Shown: positions 1 to 9,755 of the stretch, one piece after another
How the letters are laid out: each line of letters begins with the position of its first letter
Numbering within the stretch: the first letter of the stretch is position 1
NCBI GenBank assembly: GCA_003696725.1
Contig: RFGI01000055.1
Location: forward strand, 1-54,401
Source: Planctomycetota bacterium
Lineage (GTDB): Bacteria > Planctomycetota > Phycisphaerae > Phycisphaerales > UBA1924
Direction of reading: 5' to 3'
Length of the DNA: 54,401 bases
Notes under the pieces: model-generated
The model's input: the letters and a program-made list of their open reading frames with translations, nothing else
Databases searched by the model: none
Told to the model about the DNA's origin: nothing
Translations under genes and position numbers: made by a program

Positions 1-180
1 GACGGCGACGGGTCGGTCAACGGGATCGACCTGGCGTACATCCTCAACGACTGGGGCCCGGTCCCGCCGCGAGACGCTCACGCCGCGTTCCAGAAGTACA
101 AAGAGGCCGAGCGGAAACGCGCGGCGCGGTCTGCTCCGCGGACGACGCGCGTCACTCCTCGTGCAGGGTCTCGTAGGTGA
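1..180 (+). CDS. 3' end of a gene entering from the left edge, with a dockerin/EF-hand-like Ca-binding repeat (partial)
   Basis: Frame 1 is open from nt 1 to TGA at 178-180 and reads DGDGSVNGIDLAYILNDWGPVPP. It is absent from the ORF track because it has no start in the window. The last 29 nt overlap the convergent gene 152-703, so the true end is uncertain. Confidence 0.35.
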   Translation, partial: DGDGSVNGIDLAYILNDWGPVPPRDAHAAFQKYKEAERKRAARSAPRTTRVTPRAGSRR

Positions 181-703
181 ACTTCTGCCCGCCGATGGAC
201 GCCTCGTACATGAGGCCCGCGCGGGTCATGGTGAAGACGGCCACCCCGCGGGCGTAGTTGGCGTCGGCGCTGGCGCCGGCGCGGGCGGCGACGGCCGAGG
301 CCTGGGCGTCGAACTCGAACCGGCCGGCCTTGAAGTGCTCCAGGTCGGGGCGGGTCTGGAAGAAGATGATCTCGCGGTAGGTCTGCCCGCCCAGCTGCAG
401 GCCGATGGTCGCCTGGCTGACCGTGGTGTAGCCGACGACATCGCCCTGCTCGATGACCAGCCCGCGGCCGTTGGCGCCCCCGACGCCCGCGGCGCCCTTG
501 GCCACCTTCGGGAAAACCGCCCAGCCGTACGACCGTTCGAAGAACCGTTCCATGCCGGGGTCGCGCTGGCGGAACTGGGACACGGTCTCGTTGACCTGCT
601 CGGTGAGGGCGTCGAGCTCGACGCCGACGGGCGGGGCGGTGCTGGCGCATCCCGTGATCACGGCGGCGAGAGCGGCAACGGCGAGATGGGCGGTCGTTCG
701 CAC
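152..703 (-). CDS. SYLF (DUF500, Ysc84-like) lipid-binding domain lipoprotein
   Basis: 183 aa with a GTG start preceded by GAGGAGG. Signal peptide has lipobox ITGC. WAVFPKVAKGAAGVGGANGRGLVI and IGLQLGGQTY are typical SYLF glycine-rich strands. Confidence 0.8.
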   Translation of the reverse strand: MRTTAHLAVAALAAVITGCASTAPPVGVELDALTEQVNETVSQFRQRDPGMERFFERSYGWAVFPKVAKGAAGVGGANGRGLVIEQGDVVGYTTVSQATIGLQLGGQTYREIIFFQTRPDLEHFKAGRFEFDAQASAVAARAGASADANYARGVAVFTMTRAGLMYEASIGGQKFTYETLHEE

Positions 704-911
704 GGCGGGCCTCCTCTGGCTCAGGTCGACCGAGAGTATGGCTTCGGGGCGGGGTCGGCGTGACGCGGCCCATGATGGGACACGTCAGCGCCGCACAGTC
801 GAGCCGAATAGGGGTAAACAACTTGGGCTATCGGCCGGGGGGTATTCTGCGCGCCCTGAGTCGGACCCGCCGCGACCTTTGAAGGTGTTCGTTCAACGGG
901 CAGGTTGGGTC

Positions 912-939
912 TTGCATCGGGCTCACGGATGCCCATAAT
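912..939 (+). promoter_or_regulatory. sigma-70-like promoter candidate TTGCAT-16-CATAAT
   Basis: TTGCAT at 912-917 and CATAAT at 934-939, about 100 nt upstream of the ATG at 1040. An AT-rich -10 stands out in GC-rich DNA. Confidence 0.3.
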
Positions 940-1039
940 CGGGGCGAAGCCGGGCTCTCGGGGGCGTTTCGAGTGGGTCGGTGGCGGAAATCCGAGGAGA
1001 GGCGCCGGCGTCGCCGTCGGCGGGATGGGAAGAGACGTC

Positions 1040-1798
1040 ATGAGCACACGATTCGCTGGTCTGGCCGGCGTCGTCATCGCTGGTTTGACGTGCGTCACGA
1101 GCGCCCGCGCGGTGGTGATCACCGTCGGGTCGGAGGTCGGCACACTGACGCTCGACAGCAACCTGGTCGGGACCGTCTCGGCCAACGCCGACGGCTCGAT
1201 CCAGTGGTCGGGCTCGATGCAGCGGGCGGACCTGGGCTGGGGTCTGGACTGGAACCTCGCGATCAACGAGGACCCGATCGCCGGCGTCGTCCCGAGCTTC
1301 GCGGCTCTGACCGGTGGGGGTCCGGCGCTGTCGATCAGCGGGGTGGCGGGGTTCACGAACCTCCTGGGCGCCACCGCGAACTTCACGTTCAACGTCGGCG
1401 CTGTGTCGAGCCTCGGCGCCGGGGTCACGACACTCAACGGCGCGTCGACCATCACGCTGCTCGACACCGGCACGGACGGTGGCGTCATGGCCGCGCTGGC
1501 CGGTGGTTCGATCTACGACGCGGTGATTAACGGCGTTAGCCAGCAGCAGCTCTTCATCGACCCGTTCTCCCTCAACGCCCCGCCGTCCGGCATCGACTTC
1601 ACCGGCGCCGTGTGGGGCAAGATCCCGGGCGGGCCGATCGCCGTCGGCGACCTGTTCGGCATCAATCACGCGTTCTCGCTGACCGCGGGCGATCAGGCGA
1701 CGGTCAACTCGTCATTCTTCATCAACCTGATCCCGTCGCCGGGCTCGGTCGCGCTCTTCGGCGTGGCCGGGCTGGTCGCGCTGCGCCGCCGTCGCTGA
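1040..1798 (+). CDS. secreted protein with a PEP-CTERM-like C-terminal sorting tail
   Basis: Internal ATG at 1040 gives signal peptide MSTRFAGLAGVVIAGLTCVTSARA. The C-terminus IPSPGSVALFGVAGLVALRRRR has the motif, TM helix and Arg cluster layout of exosortase substrates. Confidence 0.8.
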   Translation: MSTRFAGLAGVVIAGLTCVTSARAVVITVGSEVGTLTLDSNLVGTVSANADGSIQWSGSMQRADLGWGLDWNLAINEDPIAGVVPSFAALTGGGPALSISGVAGFTNLLGATANFTFNVGAVSSLGAGVTTLNGASTITLLDTGTDGGVMAALAGGSIYDAVINGVSQQQLFIDPFSLNAPPSGIDFTGAVWGKIPGGPIAVGDLFGINHAFSLTAGDQATVNSSFFINLIPSPGSVALFGVAGLVALRRRR

Positions 1799-1825
1799 TC
1801 GGCCATCGCGCATCCTGAATCCACC

Positions 1826-1854
1826 GACCGCCGGCCGACCCCGGCGGTTTTTGT
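1826..1854 (+). terminator. intrinsic terminator after the PEP-CTERM gene
   Basis: ACCGCCGG-ccgacc-CCGGCGGT hairpin followed by TTTTTG. Confidence 0.6.
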
Positions 1855-1894
1855 GCGCCTGCCAGCGCTGCGCGGTCGGTACGCTACCGGCGCT

Positions 1895-3001
1895 GTGCAG
1901 ACCGTGGTGGTCAAGATCGGGAGCGCGGTCCTGGCGCCCGGCGCGTCCCCGGACGGCGCCGTCTTCGACCGTCTGGCGCGCGAGGCGGCCCGGGCGGCCC
2001 GGTCAGGCTGGCGAACCGCGCTGGTGTCCAGCGGGGCGATCGCGTGCGGCCTGGGCCCGATGGGCTTCGCCGCGCCGCCGCGACGCGTGCTCGACCGCCA
2101 AGCGGCCGCCGCGGTGGGGCAGCAGCGGCTGATGGCGTTGTGGGGCGAGGCGTTCGACGCCGCCGGGGCCGGGCCCGTCGCCCAGGTGCTGCTGACCGCG
2201 GACGATCTCGAGCACCGCGCCCGGTTCCTCAACGCCCGGCACACGCTCGACCGGCTCCTACGCGCCGGCGTCACACCGATCGTCAACGAGAACGACAGCG
2301 TGGTGTACGACGAGATCACGGTGGGGGACAACGACCGGTTGGCGGCGCTGGTGGCCGTGGCGCTCGGCGCCGAGGCGCTGATCATGCTCTCGTCGGTGGA
2401 CGGGGTGCTGGACCGCGAGGGCCGGGTGGCGCCCGAGATCGTGGACCCGCGGCAGGCCGAGCCGTGGCTCAGGCCCGGCCGCAGCGCGACCGGCGTGGGC
2501 GGGATGCGGGCCAAACTCGACGCCGCCCAGACGGCCCGTCGGCACGGCGTGCGCGTCTGGATCGCGCCCGGCCGGCGCGAGGGCGTGATCGCCGCCGTGC
2601 TCAACCGCGAAGCCGTCGGCACACGGATCGACCCGATCGTGGCCGGCCCGGCGGCGCGCAAGGCCTGGATCGGGGCGACGGTCCGGCCACGCGGGCGGCT
2701 CCACATCGACGGGGGCGCCGCCGACGCCCTGCTGCGGCGTGGGGCGAGCCTGCTGCCGCGGGGTGTGGTCGCGGTCGACGGGGAGTTCGAGCAGGGCGCC
2801 GTTGTCGAGATCCTCGGCCCCGGGGGCGAGGCCGTCGGTCGGGGCCTGGCGTCCTACACCTCCGCGGAGATCAGGCGGATCGCCGGCCGGCGGACCGATG
2901 AGATCGAAGCGATCCTGGGGTACGCCTACACCGACGAGGTCGTCCACCGCGACGACCTGGCGATCGCCCGGGGCGCCGACGAACGGGGTGCGCCGCAGTG
3001 A
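1895..3001 (+). CDS. proB: glutamate 5-kinase with C-terminal PUA domain
   Basis: VVVKIGSAVL, NENDSV and the PUA-type tail are ProB hallmarks. The ORF opens at GTG 1853 inside the upstream terminator, so GTG 1895 (MQTVVVKIGS) is preferred. The start is uncertain. Confidence 0.92.
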   Translation: MQTVVVKIGSAVLAPGASPDGAVFDRLAREAARAARSGWRTALVSSGAIACGLGPMGFAAPPRRVLDRQAAAAVGQQRLMALWGEAFDAAGAGPVAQVLLTADDLEHRARFLNARHTLDRLLRAGVTPIVNENDSVVYDEITVGDNDRLAALVAVALGAEALIMLSSVDGVLDREGRVAPEIVDPRQAEPWLRPGRSATGVGGMRAKLDAAQTARRHGVRVWIAPGRREGVIAAVLNREAVGTRIDPIVAGPAARKAWIGATVRPRGRLHIDGGAADALLRRGASLLPRGVVAVDGEFEQGAVVEILGPGGEAVGRGLASYTSAEIRRIAGRRTDEIEAILGYAYTDEVVHRDDLAIARGADERGAPQ

Positions 3002-4275
3002 CGAACGACGCGATCAGGGACGTGCTCGATGCGGCGCGGGCGGCGCAGCGTGCGTCTCGGTGGGTCGGGTCGCTGCCGACCCGGGCGCGCAACGCGGCGC
3101 TGGAGGCCCTCGCCGGCCGGCTCGAGTCGTCGCGCGACGAGATTCTGCACGCCAACGCGCGGGACGTCGCCGACGCGCGGGCCGCGGGGATCGGCGACGC
3201 CAAGATCCGCCGGCTCGCCCTGTCGCCAGAGTCGATCGCGGCCCTCGCCGAGGGCGTCCAACAGGTGGCGGCCCTCCCCGACCCGATCGGCGCCGTGACG
3301 CGCGAGACCACCACGCCCGCCGGGCTACGGGTTCGGAAGGTCCGGGCGCCGCTCGGTGTGGTGATGATGATCTACGAGTCCCGGCCCGGGGTGACGGTGG
3401 ACGCGTTTTCTCTATGCTTCAAGGCCGGCAACGCCTGCATCCTCAAGGGCGGGCGTGAGGCGGCCCGGTCCAACGAGGCGCTGGCCCGGTGCGTGCGTGA
3501 GTCGCTCCGCGCGATCGGCGCCGGCGCGGACGAGGCCGCGGCGATGACGCTGGTGACCACCTCCGACCGCGACGCGATCCGGGCGCTGCTGGCTCTCGAG
3601 GGCGTGGTCGACCTGGCCATCCCGCGCGGGGGCGAGGCCCTGATCCGCTTTGTTCACGAGCACGCCCGCGTCCCGACGGTGCAGCACTTCCACGGGGTGT
3701 GCCACGTCTTCGCCCACGCCGCGGCCGATCAGGCGATGGCGCTCGACGTCATCGCGACGGCCAAGACCTCAGCGCCGGCGACGTGCAACGCCGTCGAGTG
3801 CGCCCTGATCGACGAGCCGATCGCGGGGGCGCTGGTCCCCCGGCTGGCGCGCCGCGCCGAGCAGGACGGGTTCACGATCCGGGGCGATCGGCGCGTGGTG
3901 GAGCTCGCCGGCGCCTCGCCCGCGGTGACGCCGGCCGACGAGCGCGACTGGGGGCGGGAGTTCCTCGACCTGACGCTGGCCGTGCGCGTCGTGGCGGGGC
4001 TGGATGGGGCCGTCGAGCACATCGCCCGCTACGGCTCGCGTCACACCGAGGCGATCATCACCGAGGACGCCGCCGCGGCGGAGGATTTTGTCAACCGGGT
4101 GGACGCGTCGTGCACGCTGGTCAACGCCTCGACGCGGTTCAACGACGGGTTCCAGCTCGGCCTGGGCGCCGAGATCGGCATCTCCACGAGCAAGATCCAC
4201 GCCTACGGGCCCATGGGCCTGGAGGAACTGACCACGCAGCGGTGGGTGGTCCTCGGCTCGGGGCAGACGCGGTGA
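2998..4275 (+). CDS. proA: glutamate-5-semialdehyde dehydrogenase (gamma-glutamyl phosphate reductase)
   Basis: 425 aa with full-length ProA-like sequence (GNACILKGGREA, catalytic Cys in ASTRFNDG context). The GTGA start/stop overlap with proB indicates an operon. Confidence 0.95.
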   Translation: MTNDAIRDVLDAARAAQRASRWVGSLPTRARNAALEALAGRLESSRDEILHANARDVADARAAGIGDAKIRRLALSPESIAALAEGVQQVAALPDPIGAVTRETTTPAGLRVRKVRAPLGVVMMIYESRPGVTVDAFSLCFKAGNACILKGGREAARSNEALARCVRESLRAIGAGADEAAAMTLVTTSDRDAIRALLALEGVVDLAIPRGGEALIRFVHEHARVPTVQHFHGVCHVFAHAAADQAMALDVIATAKTSAPATCNAVECALIDEPIAGALVPRLARRAEQDGFTIRGDRRVVELAGASPAVTPADERDWGREFLDLTLAVRVVAGLDGAVEHIARYGSRHTEAIITEDAAAAEDFVNRVDASCTLVNASTRFNDGFQLGLGAEIGISTSKIHAYGPMGLEELTTQRWVVLGSGQTR

Positions 4276-4325
4276 CGCCGGCGGGCGGGATCGGTCTGCG
4301 CTACGGCGTGCGCGACGGGGCGCGG

Positions 4326-5381
4326 ATGACCCCCGAACAGCGGGCCCGCCTGCGTGAGGGGCTGGCGGGGCGCACGATCGCCGTGGTCGGCGCGACCGGC
4401 GCGGTGGGGCTGGAGACGCTGGCGCTGCTCGCCGAGGCCGGCGTCGCGGCGGCGGACGTCAGGGCCTTTGCGTCCGAGCGCACGGCGGGCGTCTCGGTCC
4501 CGATGGGCGCCGACTCGATCACCATCGAGCGCGCCGAAGCGGCCCGGATCGAGGCGTGCGACGCGGTGGTGCTGGCGGTTGGCGCGGGCGTGGCGCGCGA
4601 CCTGGCGCCGGCGATCGTCGATCACGGCGCGCTGGTCGTCGATCATTCCTCGGCCTTTCGGCAAGACCCGCGCGTCCCGCTGGTGATCCCCGAGATCAAT
4701 GCCGACGCCGCGGCCGGCGTCCGGCTGATCGCGTCTCCGAACTGCACGACCACGATCGCCCTGGTCGCGGCGGACCCGATCCGCCGGCGGTTCGGTCTGC
4801 GCTCGATGGGTGTGACGAGCTATCAGGCCGCGTCCGGCGCAGGGCTCACCGCCCTGGAGAGCCTCGAACAGGAGACCCGAATGGCGCTCGCCGGCCGGGC
4901 GCCCGCGCCCGGCGTCTTCCCGGTCCCCGCGGCGTTCAACGTCTTCCCGCACGAATCGCCCGTCGAGCCCGGCGCCCGCGCCAGCGCTGAGGAGGTCAAG
5001 ATCGCGCGCGAGAGCCGCAGGATCTGGGGCGATCCGGCGCCGGCCGTCGAGGCGTGCTGCCTGCGCGTGCCGGTCTTCCGGACGCACACGGTGGCGCTGC
5101 GGCTGGAGCTCGAGACGCCAGTGACATGGCCTGACATTGACTCAGCGGTGTCGGGGTCGCCGGCGATCGATGTTGTCGAGGCGCGGTCGCCGGCGCCGGG
5201 CTCCCTGGACGCGGCCGGGCGGTGCGCCGTCCTCGTCGGGCGCCTGAGGCCCGCGGACCCGACGGCGCCCGCGGACGGCGCCCACGTTGTCTGGTCGCTC
5301 CTCGCCGCGGGGGACCAGCTCCTCAAAGGCGCCGCGTGGAACGGGCTGCAGATCGCGATCGCGGCGCTGGCCGGGGGCTGA
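4326..5381 (+). CDS. asd: aspartate-semialdehyde dehydrogenase
   Basis: IAVVGATGAVG Rossmann motif, ASPNCTT active-site Cys and SYQAASGAG. The alternative start GTG 4272 overlaps the proA stop (GTGA). The 560-aa track ORF is an upstream read-through artefact. Confidence 0.9.
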   Translation: MTPEQRARLREGLAGRTIAVVGATGAVGLETLALLAEAGVAAADVRAFASERTAGVSVPMGADSITIERAEAARIEACDAVVLAVGAGVARDLAPAIVDHGALVVDHSSAFRQDPRVPLVIPEINADAAAGVRLIASPNCTTTIALVAADPIRRRFGLRSMGVTSYQAASGAGLTALESLEQETRMALAGRAPAPGVFPVPAAFNVFPHESPVEPGARASAEEVKIARESRRIWGDPAPAVEACCLRVPVFRTHTVALRLELETPVTWPDIDSAVSGSPAIDVVEARSPAPGSLDAAGRCAVLVGRLRPADPTAPADGAHVVWSLLAAGDQLLKGAAWNGLQIAIAALAGG

Positions 5382-5399
5382 CCGCGGCCGCGTGAGCGG

Positions 5400-6446
5400 T
5401 CACGGCTGCACGCCGCAAGACCGACCGTGCTTGAGGTTGTAGTCCTGGTGGTAGGCCTCGGCTTCGTAGAACGGCTGGGCGTCGGCGATCTGTGTCACGA
5501 TCGGCCGCGCAAACCGACCGGACGCTTCGAGCTCGGCGATGTACGCCTCAGCTTGGCGCCGCTGCTCGTCCCCGACAACGAAGATCGCGCTGCGGTACTG
5601 GTCGCCCACGTCGGGGCCCTGGCGGTTGAGCTGTGTCGGGTCGTGCATCTCGAAGAACCGTTCGAGCAGATCACGGTACGTCACACGGGCCGGGTCGTAC
5701 GTGACGCGCACGGACTCGGCGTGGCCCGTGTTCTCGAAGCACACCTGGCGGTAGGTCGGGTTGGGGACCCGGCCGCCCTGGTACCCGCTGACGGCGTCGA
5801 TCACGCCCGGCGTGTGCTGGAAGCGGTCCTCGATCCCCCAGAAGCAACCGCCGGCGAAGTACGCCGTCTGCGCCGGGACCGGGCGCGAGCGCGCTGGGAT
5901 ATCGGCGCCCTGCTCGATGAAGTCCAGCGAGACGGAGTTGAGGCAGAACCGCAGGCCCGTCGGGCGCGGCCCGTCGTCGAAGACGTGCCCGAGGTGGGCG
6001 CCGCAGCGGGCGCAGAGAATCTCCGTTCGGACCATGCCGTAGGCCCGGTCCTCGCGCGTCGCGACGTGGTCGGGGTCGACCGGCTGGAAGAACGACGGCC
6101 AGCCCGTGCCCGAGTCGAACTTGTCGCTCGACGCGAACAGCGGCAGGCCGCACAACCGGCAGACGTAGACGCCCTCGCGTTTGTTGTCGAGCAGGTCGCC
6201 GCAGAACGCGGGCTCGGTGCCCTGGTTGAGGATGACGCGGGCTTCCTCGGGGTCCAGCGACGCGGCCAGTTGCGAGACCTGGGCGTCGGTGAGCGGGGTG
6301 ACGTCGTGACCGGACTTCGAATACCGGGGCAGGTCGGTGTCGGTCATGGGGCGGGGGCGCTCCGGGGCGTCGCCGGCGCCGAGCGCAAGGGCGAGCACCG
6401 CGGCGCAGCCGGCGCCGACGAAGAACAGGCTCACCAGGCGGATCAT
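5400..6446 (-). CDS. msrBA: exported bifunctional methionine sulfoxide reductase, MsrB domain followed by MsrA domain
   Basis: N-terminal signal peptide. MsrB motifs are [14 protein letters not shown] and [12 protein letters not shown]. MsrA motif is [10 protein letters not shown]. Confidence 0.93.
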   Translation of the reverse strand: MIRLVSLFFVGAGCAAVLALALGAGDAPERPRPMTDTDLPRYSKSGHDVTPLTDAQVSQLAASLDPEEARVILNQGTEPAFCGDLLDNKREGVYVCRLCGLPLFASSDKFDSGTGWPSFFQPVDPDHVATREDRAYGMVRTEILCARCGAHLGHVFDDGPRPTGLRFCLNSVSLDFIEQGADIPARSRPVPAQTAYFAGGCFWGIEDRFQHTPGVIDAVSGYQGGRVPNPTYRQVCFENTGHAESVRVTYDPARVTYRDLLERFFEMHDPTQLNRQGPDVGDQYRSAIFVVGDEQRRQAEAYIAELEASGRFARPIVTQIADAQPFYEAEAYHQDYNLKHGRSCGVQP

Positions 6447-6565
6447 GGGCGGCTCCTTCGAGGCGCAGGCGCGCCGACGCCGGGACTCAGATCAAGCGGA
6501 TTCTATCCCCCCCCGACCCACCGTGGGGTCAGCGCCGCGCGAGGGGTGCGGATCCGGACGGGTGA

Positions 6566-6611
6566 GAACAAAAAAATCGGCGTCCCCCCGGTCCCGGGAG
6601 GAGCGCCGAAT
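6566..6611 (-). terminator. intrinsic terminator after the PEP-CTERM gene 6651-7370
   Basis: The minus strand reads TCGGCGCTCCTCCCGGGACCGGGGGGACGCCGA followed by TTTTTTTGTT. Confidence 0.6.
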
Positions 6612-6650
6612 CTCTCGCTCATCGCGGTCAAATGGCGGCGTGCGCGACAC

Positions 6651-7370
6651 TCAACGCCGGCGGCGGCGCAGGGCGAGGCCCGCCAGGCCCGCCAGGGTCA
6701 CGGCGCCGGGCGCGGGGATCGCGAGCGGGGCGGCCAGCGCGAAGTTCGCGAAGTTTGATGTGCGGATGATCTCGAGCTGGAGGATCGAGGTGTTGCTCTG
6801 GAGCCACACGCCGAGGCTCGGGTTGCCGCCGGTCACCGTGGAGCCGTCGAAGAAGTAGGCGCCGGTGGTGCTGTTGAAGGACCAGCCGGGCATGTTGCCG
6901 GGGAGGATGGCGCCGCTCGAGCCGGTGCCCGTGCCGGTGACGCCGAGCACGTCGTCGAGCCACGGCGTGGTGATGGCGCCGCTGGAGTCGAACGCGGTGA
7001 GTGTGTAGGTCTCGTTGGTGACCGAGCCGCCGTCGAGGTCGCCGAAGCGGAAGTACGTGCCCACCGGCAACACGCCCAGCGGGAGCGTCGAGAAATCGTA
7101 GACCGATGTGCCCGCGGGGTTGGACACGCTCGAGGGGATCGGGCCGACGACGGAGAACGTCCCCACCCAGGAGGCGGCCGCCGGGGCGGTCCAGGCGCCC
7201 GTCCAGCCGCCGGTGACGGTGGTGGGCGTGCGGAACTGCGCCGGTGGCGCGCCCGGGTTTGGGCTGGGGATCGGCAGGTTGGACCCGCTCCCGATGAGCG
7301 GCGCCGCCGCGGCGGCGCTCGCCAAGAGCGCGGACACACCCACCGCGCAGAACAATCGTGATTGACACAT
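6651..7370 (-). CDS. secreted protein with a PEP-CTERM-like C-terminal sorting tail
   Basis: ATG at 7370 is preceded by GGGAGGA. Signal peptide is MCQSRLFCAVGVSALLASAAAAAP. The tail is IPAPGAVTLAGLAGLALRRRRR. Confidence 0.75.
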   Translation of the reverse strand: MCQSRLFCAVGVSALLASAAAAAPLIGSGSNLPIPSPNPGAPPAQFRTPTTVTGGWTGAWTAPAAASWVGTFSVVGPIPSSVSNPAGTSVYDFSTLPLGVLPVGTYFRFGDLDGGSVTNETYTLTAFDSSGAITTPWLDDVLGVTGTGTGSSGAILPGNMPGWSFNSTTGAYFFDGSTVTGGNPSLGVWLQSNTSILQLEIIRTSNFANFALAAPLAIPAPGAVTLAGLAGLALRRRRR

Positions 7371-7501
7371 GCTGTGGTTCCTCCCTCGGGCGCCGGGCGG
7401 CACGGCGTCGCTCGTTCGAGCGGATGTCCGAGGCCCGGCCGGACGATCACTGACGAGCCTCTTCACCCCTTATGCCGGCGGGCTCAGAACCGGCCACCAA
7501 A

Positions 7502-7530
7502 CCTATACCCGAGAACGACGCGGGAAGCAA
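7502..7530 (-). promoter_or_regulatory. sigma-70-like promoter candidate TTGCTT-17-TATAGG
   Basis: The minus strand reads TTGCTT, a 17-nt spacer, then TATAGG, about 130 nt upstream of the ATG at 7370. Confidence 0.3.
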
Positions 7531-7653
7531 GCGCAATCTCTGCAACCCGAGACGCCGCCGGCGCCTCCGAACACCCCAAGGCGACGCCGCCGCGCTGTCG
7601 TCGCCCGCCCATTCAGCCCGTGGTCCGTGGGGTCGAGAACCGATTCATTCACA

Positions 7654-7724
7654 GCGGGTGACCGGACTCGAACCGGCGACATTCAGCTTGGGAAGCTGAC
7701 GTTCTACCACTGAACTACACCCGC
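7654..7724 (-). tRNA. tRNA-Gly (anticodon CCC)
   Basis: The minus strand GCGGGTGTAGTTCAGTGGTAGAACGTCAGCTTCCCAAGCTGAATGTCGCCGGTTCGAGTCCGGTCACCCGC folds into a full cloverleaf. Anticodon loop is TTCCCAA. CCA is not encoded. Confidence 0.93.
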
Positions 7725-7734
7725 GTCGGGCCTG

Positions 7735-7740
7735 AGTATA
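7735..7740 (-). promoter_or_regulatory. candidate -10 box (TATACT) for tRNA-Gly
   Basis: TATACT on the minus strand lies 10 nt upstream of the mature tRNA 5' end and downstream of the htrA terminator. No convincing -35 was found. Confidence 0.3.
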
Positions 7741-7775
7741 CCGCGCCCCGGCTTGGCTGCGATCGACCAACAGGC

Positions 7776-7820
7776 ACGAAAAAGGGCCGGGCCCGGGTCG
7801 CTGGCCCGGGCGCTCGGCCC
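7776..7820 (-). terminator. intrinsic terminator after htrA
   Basis: The minus strand reads GGGCCGAGCGCCCGGGCCAGCGACCCGGGCCCGGCCC followed by TTTTTCG. A second GC hairpin lies at about 7843-7863. Confidence 0.55.
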
Positions 7821-7901
7821 ATCATCGCGGTCTTGCCGGGGATGGGGCGGGCGGCTCCCGCCCCACCCAGCGAGCGTGTCGCGGGCGCACCGGCCCGCTT
7901 G

Positions 7902-9392
<1,491 letters not shown>

Positions 9393-9423
9393 GGGTGAGG
9401 TTCTCCTGTTGTTCCAAGATGAG

Positions 9424-9448
9424 TTACGGCGATTCACCGGTTCTGTTC
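9424..9448 (-). promoter_or_regulatory. ECF-sigma-type promoter candidate GAAC-N16-CGTAA upstream of htrA
   Basis: The minus strand reads GAAC, 16 nt, then CGTAA, about 30 nt upstream of the htrA ATG. The AAC...CGT architecture is typical of group-4 sigma promoters, and degP/htrA is classically sigma-E dependent. Confidence 0.35.
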
Positions 9449-9597
9449 GATTGGTGTCGGCCGCTGACATCGGGGGCCGGTGTGAGCGGGATACAAATCA
9501 TGTCATGTCGTCTCGCGGCGCCGCCGCTCGTCGCGGGCCACGGACGCCGGCCTTACCCCCCGCGCTGTATTGCGGGTGTTGCGCCGGTCGGGTTGCC

Positions 9598-9639
9598 CAA
9601 ATAAAGAGCGGCTCGCGCCGAGGGGGGTCGGTCGCGAGC
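9598..9639 (-). terminator. intrinsic terminator after hsp20
   Basis: The minus strand reads GCTCGCGACCGA-CCCCCC-TCGGCGCGAGC (11 bp stem, one bulge) followed by CGCTCTTTATTT. Confidence 0.6.
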
Positions 9640-9755
9640 GCCCCGATCGGCGCGGCGCGGCCTCGGACGGGGCTCGCCGAGGGTCCGCACGACGCGCCGT
9701 TCGACTGTGCGTGCGTTGATCGTGCGCACTCCGACCGGCTCGGGTCATGACGGGT

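Noticed and set aside
3699-5381. A 560-aa ORF suggesting a large fusion upstream of asd.
   Set aside because: The first approximately 209 codons are an out-of-frame read through proA (R/G/A-rich). Asd homology begins only around nt 4370.
5382-5399. An 18-nt gap between convergent asd and msrBA that contains the palindrome CGCGGCCGCG, considered as a bidirectional terminator.
   Set aside because: The stem would be only about 4-5 bp with essentially no loop and no T-runs. That is too weak to call.
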